From Macrostomum lignano (lineage: Eukaryota), in assembly GCA_002269645.1 (NCBI GenBank), contig NIVC01002159.1:1-64000 (forward strand): a stretch of 64,000 nt of DNA, read 5' to 3'. The notes beneath the pieces were generated by a model. That model did no database searches, had not been told where the DNA came from, and saw only the letters and a list, made by a program, of their open reading frames with translations. Of the stretch, positions 51,802 through 64,000 are shown in pieces. The position numbers and the translations under genes are program-made. Positions within the stretch are counted from its first letter, which is position 1, and each line of letters begins with the position of its first letter.

Positions 51802-54800
51802 TCACTGCTCCTGCTGCATCTTGCGCACCATGTCCAGCACCCGAGACTGCCGCATAGAGGGCGCCCTGACCGGCGGCGCTGCTGGCTTGGAAGCTGACGC
51901 CGGAGCCGCAGCCGGGGCCCGCGAGCACTCGGCAGTGGCGGCTGGAGCAGCAGCAGCGGGGGATTTCAGAGACACCGGCCGGAAACCGCCCAGCTGAGCG
52001 GACAGGTCTGGCGATGAGCGACTCATGCTGCTGTTGCTGCTATTGCTGCTTTTAGAAGCATCTGAGCCAACAGCGGCTGGCGAGGCGGAGGTTTTTGCAG
52101 CAGTGCCAGCGGCAGCCGAGGAGTCGCCAGAGCCGCGCGGCACTGGCCGGAGACGTCGGCGAAGGAATTCGGCAACCGGAGGTGCCGTTGCCGAGTCGTC
52201 TGCAGCGGCAGTTGAGGCGGCGGAGGCGCCGACCTTCAATGCCGAAGCAGCGTTGCTTGGCGACTCAGAGCGGTCGTTGCTGCCCCTAGAAGCGGCTGTG
52301 GGGGCCGGGCGTACGGCGGCAATCTGGTCGGAGGAGCGGGAGGCCGGCACTGTTGAGACCGGACGGGGCGCCACGCGCGGCTTCGGGCCCAGCGGCGCGG
52401 GTTTGGTTGGAGCCACTGCCGGCGCGGCGGCGTTAGCTGGCGAGGGCTTCGCAACAACTGGAGGCGGAGGCGTCGGTTTTGCTGCTGCCGAGCGGTTGGC
52501 CAGCGAGGCCCGCGCGGCCGCGATGGGGTTGTCCGCCTCTCCGCTGCTCGGTGGGGAGCCGGAGGCGGCGGCGGCGGCGATCGCGGCGCCGGGAGATGTG
52601 GCGTGCCTGGCCGAGGCGAACACGCTGGCCGGCCGGCTTGCGACCACCGCAGACGACTTGGAAGCCGCCGCTGGCATGGTCGGCGTGGTCGCATCGACCG
52701 CGGCGAAATCTGTAGCCGCCATGGTTCGAGTTTTGCGCAGTTGAACGCCGACAAATTCCGCTTTCGGCTGTGACGTTGTTGACGAGTCGTCGGCGGCAGC
52801 CGCAGGCGGGTTTGCCGGCTTCCGGCGCAGCTGCGGCACCGGCGCGCCCTCACGACCAGCGCCGGCGCCACCGCCTAGCAGGGCCGCAAACGGCGTTGCC
52901 TGACCGATGATTCGCTTCGGCGACTCTTTTGTCGGCTGCTGCTGCTGCTGCGATGGCGGAGCAGCCGGCTGCTGCCAGCGGGCAGGCCGCAGCTCGTCTT
53001 CGACAATCGGCAGCGCCGCCTTGGCCGTCTGGACCGCCGTCTCCTCCCGGATAAAACCGAGGCCGGGAGCAGAGCTGGCCGCTGCTGTTGACGAACCTGA
53101 AGCTGTTCCGCAGGCGCCGGTAGAGACACCGCCGCTGCCGCCACTGCCACCGCCGGCGCTCTGCCGATGCTGCGACGTCGGTCGTCGGGCGGGCCGCCTG
53201 ACCGACATTTTGTGTTGCGCGGCAGAGTGGTCCAGCGGGTCGGCCGATGCCGCCGCCCCCGCTGCCGCAGCTGCCGCGGCGCCAGCTGCCGCGTCAGACA
53301 CGTCGTCAGTGGAAGATCCATAGGAGAGCAGCGACCTGGTGGAGGCCGACCGGCTGTGATGAAGCCGAGGCTCTTCGTCAGCTCCGGGGGTCGGGCTGCG
53401 GGGAAGTCCCTCATCGTCGGACGTGAGACTGGCCTGCTGCGGCCGGTTGTTGTTCTGGACTGGCAAATTCGGCTGCTGGGGCCGCTCGACGCCGCGCGGA
53501 ATGGGGATCGGCCTGGCTGGGGCGGCGGCAGCGGCTGGTTGCGGAGGTCCCGACGAAGGGGCGGCAGCGGCAGCTGCTGATGCTGATGAAGAGGATGACT
53601 TCTGCTGAGCTGCAGCCGACGCCCCAGCTGGAACCTGGATCGGATGAGAGAGAGAACAGCGGAGAGGGTATATACAAAGTACATCTGGGACAATTATGCC
53701 TGACAGTGGACTAACAGCTGTTCGAACAGACAGCTCCCACCCCCTCCCTTCCTTAATTCCGACAGCGAATAGTGGGATTATGGAAGAAAATGCAATTACT
53801 GATTGGGCACGAAAGTGAACGACTGTTAACTGTGGATTTCTGACTCGGGCCTCTGCGACTAACTGTTTATTCAACTGTCACCGCCTGGGAGTCAGAGTGT
53901 GTTTACAGGACAGACAAGCCCGCCCTTGTTGCAGTTGCTATGTAGCTAGTCAGAGTTAATAAGTGTAAGCTCTCATGTCAGCCCTGTGCCGATATTTATA
54001 TGCAAACTAGAACTGCCTGGCTGGCGGGTGCCAGTTCAAACTGACAGCTCTGACCAGAAAGAAATATTGTATATTGCCGCAGGGCCCGCAGAATAAACAC
54101 TTGCTTTCAGGCAAATAAGATTTACCGCGTTGAAGTATGAAATTCTATCACAGATGATATATTTGGGCACAGTGCGAACTTAAATAGACAGATAATACAG
54201 CATATACACAGAAAAGGAAAAAAATCAGGACAAGTGACAAGAGAGAGTCAAGTGGGGCAGAGTAAAGCAACCGGGTTCCATTCCGTGGCTCAAGGAGAGA
54301 CTTTTGAGAGGCTCGATGGGAGATGCTGAGATGTCAAGGCTCATGAGGGGGGGGGGTTGCTGAGATGCCAAGGCTCATGAGATGGGGTTGCTGAGATGCC
54401 AAGGCTCATGAGGGGGAGTTGCTGAGATGCCAAGGCTCATGAGGGGGAGTTGCTGAGATGCCAAGGCTCATGAGATGGGGTTGCTGAGATGCCATGGCTC
54501 ATGAGATGGGGTTGCTGAGATGTCAAGGCTCATGAGATTGGGTTGCTGAGATGCCATGGCTCATGAGATGGGGTTGCTGAGATGCCATGGCTCATGAGAT
54601 GGGGTTGCTGAGATGCCAAGGCTCATGAGATGGGGTTGCTGAGATGCCATGGCTCATGAGATGGGGTTGCTGAGATGCCATGGCTCATGAGATGGGGTTG
54701 CTGAGATGCCAAGGCTCATGAGATGGGGTTGCTGAGATGCCAAGGCTCATGAGATGGGGTTGCTGAGATGCCATGGCTCATGAGATGGGGTTGCTGAGAT

Positions 54801-57800
54801 GTCAAGGCTCATGAGATGGGGTTGCTGAGATGCCATGGCTCATGAGATGGGGTTGCTGAGATGTCAAGGCTCATGAGATTGGGTTGCTGAGATGTCAAGG
54901 CTCATGAGATGGGGTTGCTGAGATGCCAAGGCTCATGAGATGGGGTTGCTGAGATGCCATGGCTCATGAGATGGGGTTGCTGAGATGTCAAGGCTCATGA
55001 GATGGGGTTGCTGAGATGTCAAGGCTCATGAGATGGGGTTGCTGAGATGCCAAGGCTCATGAGGGGGGGGTTGCTGAGATGCCAAGGCTCATGAGATGGG
55101 GTTGCTGAGATGTCAAGGCTCATGAGATGGGGTTGCTGAGATGCCATGGCTCATGAGATGGGGTTGCTGAGATGTCAAGGCTCATGAGATGGGGTTGCTG
55201 AGATGCCATGGCTCATGAGATGGGGTTGCTGAGATGTCAAGGCTCATGAGATGGGGTTGCTGAGATGTCAAGGCTCATGAGATGGGGTTGCTGAGATGCC
55301 ATGGCTCATGAGATGGGGTTGCTGAGATGCCAAGGCTCATGAGATGGGGTTGCTGAGATGTCAAGGCTCATGAGATGGGGTTGCTGAGATGTCAAGGCTC
55401 ATGAGATTGGGTTGCTGAGATGTCAAGGCTCATGAGATGGGGTTGCTGAGATGTCAAGGCTCATGAGGGGGAGTTGCTGAGATGCCATGGCTCAAAGGGT
55501 CTGATGCTTTTCGCTTTAAGCATCATTTTCCTTAAGAAACAGTGAGTACTCAAGGCCTTCTACATGTACTGTTCAAAGGAATTTATTCAACGGGAGGGCG
55601 GACAGCAAACTCCGCAGACTCTCACAATTCGCACAGTATTCGAGCTGGCAAGTCCCCGCCTCGCTCCGCCAAGCAGCAGGGAGTCGCGCAAAGCAGCAGT
55701 GCGAGCTGCCGGCCGACTGCTGGAAGCCAGCGGCGAGGTCGGATTAGCAAAATTCGAATTCGAGGCCGAATGACCGATGGAGGAGGAAGGCCGAGATGCT
55801 GTAGCAACATAAGCCGACTGACGCATAGCGATGGATGAATGATTATCTGGATAAATTGCTGCTAGGCTGTCTGAGCGGCCAGTACTTATCCAGTACTATT
55901 ATTATGAACATGGAGCAAGGCTTGGCTTATAAAATCCAGCGCTTGCCCTCGGCGCACCCATACAGGCCAATAAGAGTCCAGTGTGCAATGCAGAAATATC
56001 TCTGCCAACTGCCGGCCAAACCAGTAGCGAGCGGGCGCAAGAGAGACAAATAGAGCTGGCCAGTGCAGAAGTGTAGACCCCATAAGCCTGCATCGTCTAT
56101 CCACCGCTCTGCACAGTAAGATTCAATTCATGCAGCAATTTGAGAACTGATAAGCCCCAACCCCCCCCCCCAGACCAAGCTAATAAATATCTACCCGCCG
56201 CATCAAGTGTGAGAACCTTTCAAGATAAAATGCGAACCCCACAGAGAGAGGTGGATAAATTCTGGTGAAAGCACCCCCCCCCCTGAAAACCGATGTTTAG
56301 CATTGTTCTGGGTGTTGTATTACAGATTCTTGTTAAGCAGGTGAATAGAGACAGCATTTTAGCAGAGAGATTCGCTACTTATTAGTCTTTCTAGCAGGCC
56401 CAGATTTCGCCTGAGTTATAGTGCAGATAATTGTGTAGGGGGGAGTAGCTTCAGCCCTGCAGGTCTGACTGACTGACTGACTGACTGACTGACTGACTGA
56501 CTGACTGACTGACTGACTGACTGACTGACTGACTGACTGACTGACTGACTGACTGACTGACTGACTGACTGACTGACTGACTGACTGACTGACTGACTGA
56601 CTGACTGACTGAATGACTGACTGACTGAATTGAGTGAGTGGGTGACTGACTGACTGACTGAATTGAGTGAGTGGGTGACTGACTGACTGACTGACTGACT
56701 GACTGACTTGAGTGAGTGGGTGACTGACTGACTGACTGACTGACTGACTGACTGACTGACTGACTTGAGTGAGTGGGTGACTGACTGACTGACTGACTGA
56801 CTGACTGACTGACTGACTTGAGTGAGTGGGTGACTGACTGACTGACTGACTGACTGACTGACTGACTTGAGTGAGTGGGTGACTGACTGACTGACTGACT
56901 GACTGACTGACTGACTGACTGACTGACTTGAGTGAGTGGGTGACTGACTGACTGACTGACTGACTGACTGACTGACTGACTTGAGTGAGTGGGTGACTGA
57001 CTGACTGACTGACTGACTGACTGACTGACTGACTGACTGACTGACTGACTTGAGTGAGTGGGTGACTGACTGACTGACTGACTGACTTGAGTGAGTGGGT
57101 GACTGACTGACTGACTGACTGACTGACTGACTTGAGTGAGTGGGTGACTGACTGACTGACTGACCGACCGACTGACTGACTGACTGACTGACTGACTGAC
57201 TGACTTGAGTGAGTGGGTGACTGACTGACTGACTGACTGACTGACTGACTGACTGACTGACTGACTGACTGAATGACTGACTGACTGACTGACTGACTGA
57301 CTGACTGACTGACTGACTGACTGACTGACTGACTGAGAAATCAGCAATTTTTTAATGCGAGCAGCGGAATCCAAGCACAGATATCAGAATTCGACACGCT
57401 GGCAGACTGAAGCGCAATAAAAACAGACGCCCTGCCGCTGAATTGCATTGTAAGGAATCGCAGTCAGCGGCAGCCTCATTCAAGCGGAATGATGAAGAGC
57501 CGCTACTTCTGTGTGCACTTCTGCCAGTGCAGTCAGCAATCAGTGCGATGGGTGTGACAATAGCTGCCTTGCGCAGATAGATTGAGAGCAGACCTTCTAG
57601 CCAGCACAGCTCATGACACAGCACCCAGTGAATTCAGCGCGTGTTTCTGCATAGCACGGCATCTAACACATTATCTAACACTATATCTAACACAGGATAT
57701 CTAACGCATGATATCTAGCACTCGATATCTAACACATGATATCTAACACATGATATCTAGCACACGATATCTAACACATGATATCTAACACATGATATCT

Positions 57801-58741
57801 AGCACACGATATCTAACACACGATATCTAACACATGATATCTAACACATGATATCTAACGCATGATATCTAGCACACGATATCTAACACATGAAATCTAA
57901 CACATGATATCTAGCACTCGATATCTAACACATGATATCTAACACATAATATCTAGCACACGATATCTAACACATGATATCTAACACATGATATCTAACA
58001 CATGATATCTAGCACACTATATCTAACACATGATATCTAACACATGATATCTAGCACACGATATCTAACACATGAAATCTAACACACGAAATCTAACACA
58101 CGATATCTAAACCATTATTTCTAACAAACGATATCTAACACACGATATTCAACACACGATATCTAAACACTATACGCTCGTATCTAACACGATTCTAACA
58201 CATTATCTAACACACGATATCTAATACGATATCTAACACACGATATCTAACACATTATATCTAACACACTATATTTAACACATTATATCTAGCACACGAT
58301 ATATAACACACAAAATCTAACACCATGTCTAACAATCCAACTTTTATTACTCACCGCATCAGCCTCTGAATCGCAGTTGCTGCCTCTTTTATCATTTCCT
58401 TTGTCGTCGCCAGAACCGCCTGATTGCGCTGCCGCCTGGGCTGCACCGACAGCCAGCAGGTCCGGCTCCGAAAACCATCGATCGGACTTCTGCTTAGCCT
58501 TATCCGCGGCCTCATCCAGCCCCGCCTTCAGCCGTCTCTGCAGCCGGGACTTGGACACCCGATCGGCGCCAGTCACCAGGCTGCTAGCCGGAATGCAGCC
58601 GACTGAACCGCCGCCTGCAGCGGCCGATTTCAAGCTGCTCCGCTTGCCGTCGTCAGCAGCCAGCCCGACCTCCCCCCGATCGACGCTGCCGCCGCTGGCC
58701 AGCCGAGAGCCGGGCTGCTTATTGAATTGATCGTCGGTCAT
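51802..58741 (-). CDS. Large Pro/Ala/Ser-rich protein, CRACD/KIAA1211-like actin capping-protein regulator candidate; last exon 51802-53634, probable first exon 58355-58741, middle exons uncertain
   Basis: 611-codon terminal exon after ccag acceptor; LDHSAAQHKMSVRRPARRP motif; LRKT/LRPV actin-binding-like motifs; PxxP clusters; first exon ends GCG|gtgagt. Confidence 0.55.
54325..55495. repeat. 31-bp minisatellite (gctcatgagatggggttgctgagatgccaag)
   Basis: About 37 units. Confidence 0.97.
56466..57334. repeat. (GACT)n microsatellite with interspersed tgagtgagtgggt
   Basis: Direct observation. Confidence 0.98.
57660..58320. repeat. 14-bp minisatellite (gatatctaacacat)
   Basis: Tandem, degenerate at the edges. 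Confidence 0.92.
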
Positions 58742-58974
58742 GGCGGCGGCTGGCTGGTTGGCCGAGTTGCTGCATAGCGGAGTGGCGCATTTAATCGTAT
58801 TATTGCGCATATGTTCCAACTGCACTACTTATTCCAGTAATCCAGTAGCATTGAAAGAGTTTATTTCAAGTCTATATACTGCCGCCTACTTTTATTACTA
58901 GAGGCAGGGGCTGGGCGCATCCTTTAAGCGACATTGTCACACAAGCGCGCGGATATGTACGCAGTCATACCCAC

Positions 58975-59051
58975 AGGAGTCGAGTGGAATCGAGCCTGGT
59001 CCGCTGGCACATCAGAGGGCCGCGCTAGACCACTATGCTACTAGTGTCTCC
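58975..59051 (-). mobile_element. tRNA-derived SINE head or tRNA pseudogene
   Basis: A box TAGCATAGTGG (59030-59040) and B-box-like GGCTCGATTCC (58986-58996) at tRNA spacing; no clean cloverleaf. Confidence 0.6.
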
Positions 59052-60044
59052 CACAGAACTGTATTATTTTAAAATGAAATGCAGAAAAGCAACAGATTAC
59101 AATATTATCATACAGACAAAAAATATGTATTTCTATTTGTTACACCAGCCAACAAGCGGTAAGGCCTGGTCGCTTGTGGAACTCATATTTGCCTAAACTT
59201 TGAAACCCTAGCAAAACAAAGGGTTTACAGGATATTACATATTTAGACAAACCAAGCTGATAGAAGAAGTCTCCCAGAAGACAGCTAAAAGGCTAAAAAA
59301 TGGTTGCTAGTTAAAACTTTGTGCAGAATGAGAAAAAGTCAAACCTGCCCATACAGTAAGTTCAGAACTTCAGCAACAAACTTAAACTTTTCAAGCAAAA
59401 AAAAAAACAAAAAAGCAAAAACAACAAAAAGCTGCCAAGAAACAAACAAAATAAGCCGATAGGATAAACAAAGTAGTACACTGGGAACTTTTATAAGGCC
59501 GATGTAAAAACTTTACTGTATTACTGATCGAACAATAATGATACTACTGAGATTGTAACTGACAGTCAGTAGTAAGACAGTAGCTATTGATCGTAAAGTT
59601 GTGCAATTCGTTAAATAATGCTATTAAAATTATGAAAATGAATACACAAACTAAAGGTGCAGTCTAATTAATTAAAATTATAATTATATTACACAGGACG
59701 TAATGAGCTAAACTAATTAATGTTTCAAGCGCTGTAAATGCTTCATATAGTAGTAAGCCTTTCTATAGTTAAAAAGGAGCATAAAATACCAAGCATGTCA
59801 GCAGCCCTGGATAGCACGTGACAGCAGAGTTTGCTGTGTGTCATATGAACCGGTGTGATGGCTTTTTCACGAAAATATGATTTACCAAGAATGCTTCTGT
59901 ACTCCTGATGCATTCGAATTGTCGGGATAATAATATTAGATTAAAGTTGACTAAACTTGTGATTAATTTGTATGCAACGCATTTAAAATTACAATAGTCA
60001 CTCTGTACCTTGTAAATAAAACAATATTATAAAGCATAAAAATG

Positions 60045-60370
60045 GGGTGGTGGGTGTTGGCTGCCTGGGAGCGGGTGTACATTGAGGTGGTCGGTGTTGG
60101 ATGCCTGGGAGCGGGCGTACATTGAGGTGGTGGGTGTTGGCTGCCTGGGAGCGGGTGTACATTGAGGTGGTGGGTGTTGGCTGCCTGGGAGCGGGTGAAC
60201 ATTGGGGTGGTGGGTGTTGGCTGCCTGGGAGCGGGTGAACATTGGGGTGGTGGGTGTTGGCTGCCTGGAAGCGGGTGTACATTGGGGTGGTGGGTGTTGG
60301 CTGCCTGGAAGCGGGTGTACATTGGGGTGGTGGGTGTTGGCTGCCTTGGAGCGAATGCATATTGGGGTGG
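60045..60370. repeat. 40-bp G-rich minisatellite
   Basis: 8 units of ggtggtgggtgttggctgcctgggagcgggtgtacattg(a/g). Confidence 0.95.
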
Positions 60371-60537
60371 AGGGGTGGGGACTATTTCAACAAGATGTTT
60401 ACATAGTGAACATACACAGCTATTATTAGTCAAGACCAGTTCGGCAATGCTCATATGAGGTCCTAGCAACAAAAGTACAAAATCAAATAAACTCGCGCGC
60501 ATCAAAATGACAAAGCACAAGTTGTAGTTTTATAAAG

Positions 60538-61719
60538 TCAAACTGGATCCTCGTCAAGAGGAAAACGGCGCGGTTTGTAGCCGGGATTTCGCCGGGCGGG
60601 CGGACAAGCGGAGGCCCTGGATGCGGCAGTAGCGGCAGAGGGATTCGGCAACGACCGACGCAGGCCTGTAGTCGAGGATGACGACGAGCCGCTGGAGTTG
60701 GAGCTCGCAGTCGATACGGCGCTGATAGAGTACCGGCGGCCTCTGAGGTGCCCGGCGGCCGCAGTCGGGATGGCGATAACTATCCGACGCTCCGCAGCTT
60801 CCTTGCGCCGGTGTCGCTTTGCGTAGGCGGCGTTGGACAGGTCTTCGACGTCGGCCCAATCACTGCTGTCGACCTTGGCTTCGCCGGGCGTCGGCGAGTC
60901 CAGCACCCTCCAGCTTGGCGTGCTGATCTCGCGACGGGCGGCAAGCCTCGGCAACGAAGGCTTTGCTGACGAACTCGATCCCGAAGCTATCGATGACGAC
61001 TGCGATAGGGACCTGTTGCGGAGTCGCTGCTTGCCCTCGTACGGTCGGGACCTTCGCTGCCGGCGCCGGTGGCTGCTGGGGCACCAGCTGTGCCGTTTTT
61101 GCTTTTTCTTGAGCAGCTGGCACTCCTTAGTGGCCTTGGCGTCGGCAACGACAGAGTTGGAGGCCGACAGACCGTCAGCGCTGAATGCTGTCAAGGAGAC
61201 GGCCGATTCAGCGGGTCGTTGAGCGAGAGGCACCCGGCCGCTGGATGACACCAGCTGCTGCTGCTGCTGCTGCTCACATTGCTCAGATTCTAACAGAGAC
61301 TTTGCCAGCCTCTCTAAATTGTTAATCTGCCTACTGCAGTGATGATAGCTGGACCAGGCTTGCAACAGGACAGCAGAACTGTCTGACTCTGGATCAGCTG
61401 CCTCTTCCACTTGTTGAACTGCCTGATGACTGTCTTCGCTGATATCCGGGGACATGCTGGTGACAGCTTCCACTGTCATGGAGCCAGTTGAGGCTTCAAC
61501 CATCTCGCCGTCCCAATAGTCCGAATCGGTGGAAATCGGAGGTTCAGGTGTTGCTATGGCGGTCTCCATCATGGATGCCACTTCCTTTGCAGTTGGCGAT
61601 GCCAATGTTGGCTGGCTGAGGAACTGCGCCTTGACAACCAGCGCCATTCGCGTCAGCAGGCTGTCAGGCTTGGCCAGCACCAGTGCCTGTAGCAGCGGAT
61701 GCCAAAATGTACTTTCCAT
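60538..61719 (-). CDS. KANSL1: KANSL1/NSL1-like PEHE-domain protein (KAT8/MOF regulatory subunit)
   Basis: REISTPSWRVL...EDLSNAAYAKRHRRKEAAERR matches the PEHE motif; C-terminal PRRFPL; intronless from ATG 61719 (upstream exons possible). Confidence 0.7.
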   Translation of the reverse strand: MESTFWHPLLQALVLAKPDSLLTRMALVVKAQFLSQPTLASPTAKEVASMMETAIATPEPPISTDSDYWDGEMVEASTGSMTVEAVTSMSPDISEDSHQAVQQVEEAADPESDSSAVLLQAWSSYHHCSRQINNLERLAKSLLESEQCEQQQQQQLVSSSGRVPLAQRPAESAVSLTAFSADGLSASNSVVADAKATKECQLLKKKQKRHSWCPSSHRRRQRRSRPYEGKQRLRNRSLSQSSSIASGSSSSAKPSLPRLAARREISTPSWRVLDSPTPGEAKVDSSDWADVEDLSNAAYAKRHRRKEAAERRIVIAIPTAAAGHLRGRRYSISAVSTASSNSSGSSSSSTTGLRRSLPNPSAATAASRASACPPARRNPGYKPRRFPLDEDPV

Positions 61720-62180
61720 GTTCAAATGGATATAGATTGATGATGTTTCTAAATAGATAAGCAAATTGCTTAAAAATATTGACTATTGTGAGTCTAAAAT
61801 GAAATTCTATGTTTTTAAATATTGTAGCTCTTGGGTCATAGTTGAGGTGATTTTTCTTGAAAGCTTAATAACTAACAACATGCACTTTTTGGTTTTTGAT
61901 GCTTTAAGATTTTTTTAAATTAAAAAGCATTTTAAAGGATACCATTATATACTTATTTTTAATTGCTTAGAATAGCTATAATTTTTTTGCAGAATTTAAG
62001 AATAATGATTAAAAATATTTAATTGTTTAAATATTTAATTGATTGTTAATTGTTGGTTGATTTGATTTATCCTAATCCTACTAAGATAAACAATTAGAAT
62101 AAATAAAAACAAGCCACCATGCAATCTGAACTTTATCATTTTACATACATTCACCCGTTGGAAAAGTTATGCACCTGCAG

Positions 62181-62609
62181 AGGCATAAAAGGTGAGCGAG
62201 GTGCACAAAAGAGGGGCCTATTTCGTGCATGTTTTGGAAATGCACCTGAGTGCACCTTTTATGCCTAAATGTCACCAATATTTTTGAAAAGGGGCATAAA
62301 AGGTGTACAATCGGTGAAGTGGTCAGGCAGTAGGTGAATTCTCAATTTTGATTGGTTGCGGCGGTAGGGGCAGGAAAGGTGCATAAGGGGCACTGGAGGT
62401 GCGCAAAAGGTGAACAGTAGGCTCACAAGCGAGGCACAGCAGGTGCAGGAAAGGTTCTGAAGGGGCGCAGAAAGTGCACAAAAGGTGAATCAGAGGTGTA
62501 TAAGGTGTACATGTGTGGCGTAAATATGTATACAGGTTTATTTCCAAAACACGCTCGAAATATACCCCTAAAGTGCCTCTTCTGTGCACCTCGCTCACCT
62601 TTTATGCCT
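62181..62609. mobile_element. Putative MITE with 34-bp inverted repeats, in a GTGCAC-rich region
   Basis: 62181-62214 vs 62576-62609 differ by 1 mismatch; related GTGCAC/GCACC motifs continue to ~63250. Confidence 0.55.
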
Positions 62610-64000
62610 ATGCACGAATTAACGCATTAAGAATTCGAAAAAAAAATTAACTGAGAGTTACATACTCATACACTGCACGCACAGATTGAACATAGAAAAG
62701 TTTTATTTACACCTTTACTAATCGCTGCTATCCCCTTCCTGATCCTGACAAACCACGAAACTAAACATTTCCTATACTGATAAGTTTTAATAAATTTCAA
62801 CTCAGGAAAAGTTCCAAAAAGTGATGAAAAGGTTTGCATTAGTGAGGAAAAATTTCGAATAGTGAGAAAAGGTAGCAAAGAACTTCGCCATTTGAAACTT
62901 TAATGCCCCTTACATTGCCTCTACGCCTAAAGTGCCCACTGTGCACCTTTTATTCACCTTTCGTGCCTCCAGTGCACACTGTACACTTTTTATGCACCTC
63001 TACCGCAGCGCACCTTTTTTCACCTTTCACTCCACCAATGCCCCCAATTCCTACTTTGTTCACCTTTTGTGCCTCAATGCACACTGTGCACCTTTAATGC
63101 ACCTAAATCCCCTACGACACCTGTGCCCCTACCGCCTAGTTCGTGCCTTAAACTCACCTTCTGACCTTGCAGAGGCACTCAGGTGAACAAAAGGTGCACA
63201 AGTGGCACAAAATAGGCATAAGAGAGGCGAAAGTCAGGCAGAAGGTGCAAAACTCTTCACCCTTCATGCCTACTTTAAAAACTCAAAATCCAACAGGTCA
63301 GTTACATATAAGTCAAGAAATTGAACTAGTTAGTGATGGATCGAAATTTGATTTCGATTTTGATATTCAGAATTTCAAACCTTATTTTGCATTAAAATAA
63401 TTTCAATTTTGATTTTAAATTTTGACACAATTCATTGAAAGTCATTTCAAAATTTTGGTTATATCAAGCAAGGCAGTTCATGTTAAGCTACATGCCATTG
63501 CCAATGATTTGTAATAAAATACAATAAATATTGTATTCTGCATTCTTTGTTTCAGGTAAACTTTGATTTCTATCCCTCTCACTTTGTTATACTATCATTG
63601 CATATAATGCATGTAATAATTTTCTGATAATATTAATCATACACAGTACAACTAGAGTGGATTGAAATTTGGAAAGCTAATTATGTACATGCATGCCAAG
63701 ATTGCATTGCTCACAACAGATTCTAAGGCTGCTGTTAATTCTTCTCATTCAAAATTTGCAGACATTGCGATGTGATATTTGCTTCAAAGATTTGCAAGGA
63801 TATTTGCTCATTTGTATATGAGCTTTATAAAATGTGCTAAGTCTACAATGAACTGATTCTTATGCCAACTCCCTGCCCTGAAATACGTAATTATGAATCA
63901 CCAATATGCTAGATTTTAAGGAAATATGCTAACTTTTAGGCAATGTGCTATAGTTAAGCTGCCTCTGCAATGGGTTCATGGACGTTTATAGCTAGGGTAC

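Noticed and set aside
56451-57374. SQSV-repeat protein
   Set aside because: Translation of a (GACT)n microsatellite.
58975-59051. Functional tRNA gene
   Set aside because: A and B boxes are present, but the acceptor and anticodon stems do not pair cleanly; better explained as SINE-like.

Overview
Eukaryotic (animal) genomic DNA: short GC-rich exons in AT-rich introns packed with minisatellites and small DNA transposons. The style suggests a flatworm such as Macrostomum, which is inference only. Host genes reconstructed by hand: a 13-exon AKAP13/ARHGEF28/ARHGEF18-family RhoGEF (C1-DH-PH-coiled coil, +, 217-34205), PRADC1 (+), ABHD18 (-), a small coiled-coil gene with an in-frame TAG (-), a CRACD/KIAA1211-like proline-rich gene (-) and a KANSL1-like PEHE protein (-). 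The highlight is a young 9.8-kb Ty3/Gypsy LTR retrotransposon (5048-14850, -) lying antisense in RhoGEF intron 6. It has near-identical LTRs, a tRNA-Lys(UUU) PBS, a PPT, gag, and a -1 frameshift signal with a predicted pseudoknot leading into pol (PR-RT-RH-IN). In the position where env would sit, it carries a third, intact, intronless ORF for a J-domain (Hsp40/DnaJ, HPD-intact) protein with an acidic SIM-like tract and a basic helical C-terminus. The same copy also has a 33x10-aa His/Pro/Gln repeat ahead of the protease, a 6-aa-short integrase core (DD29E) and no target-site duplication.
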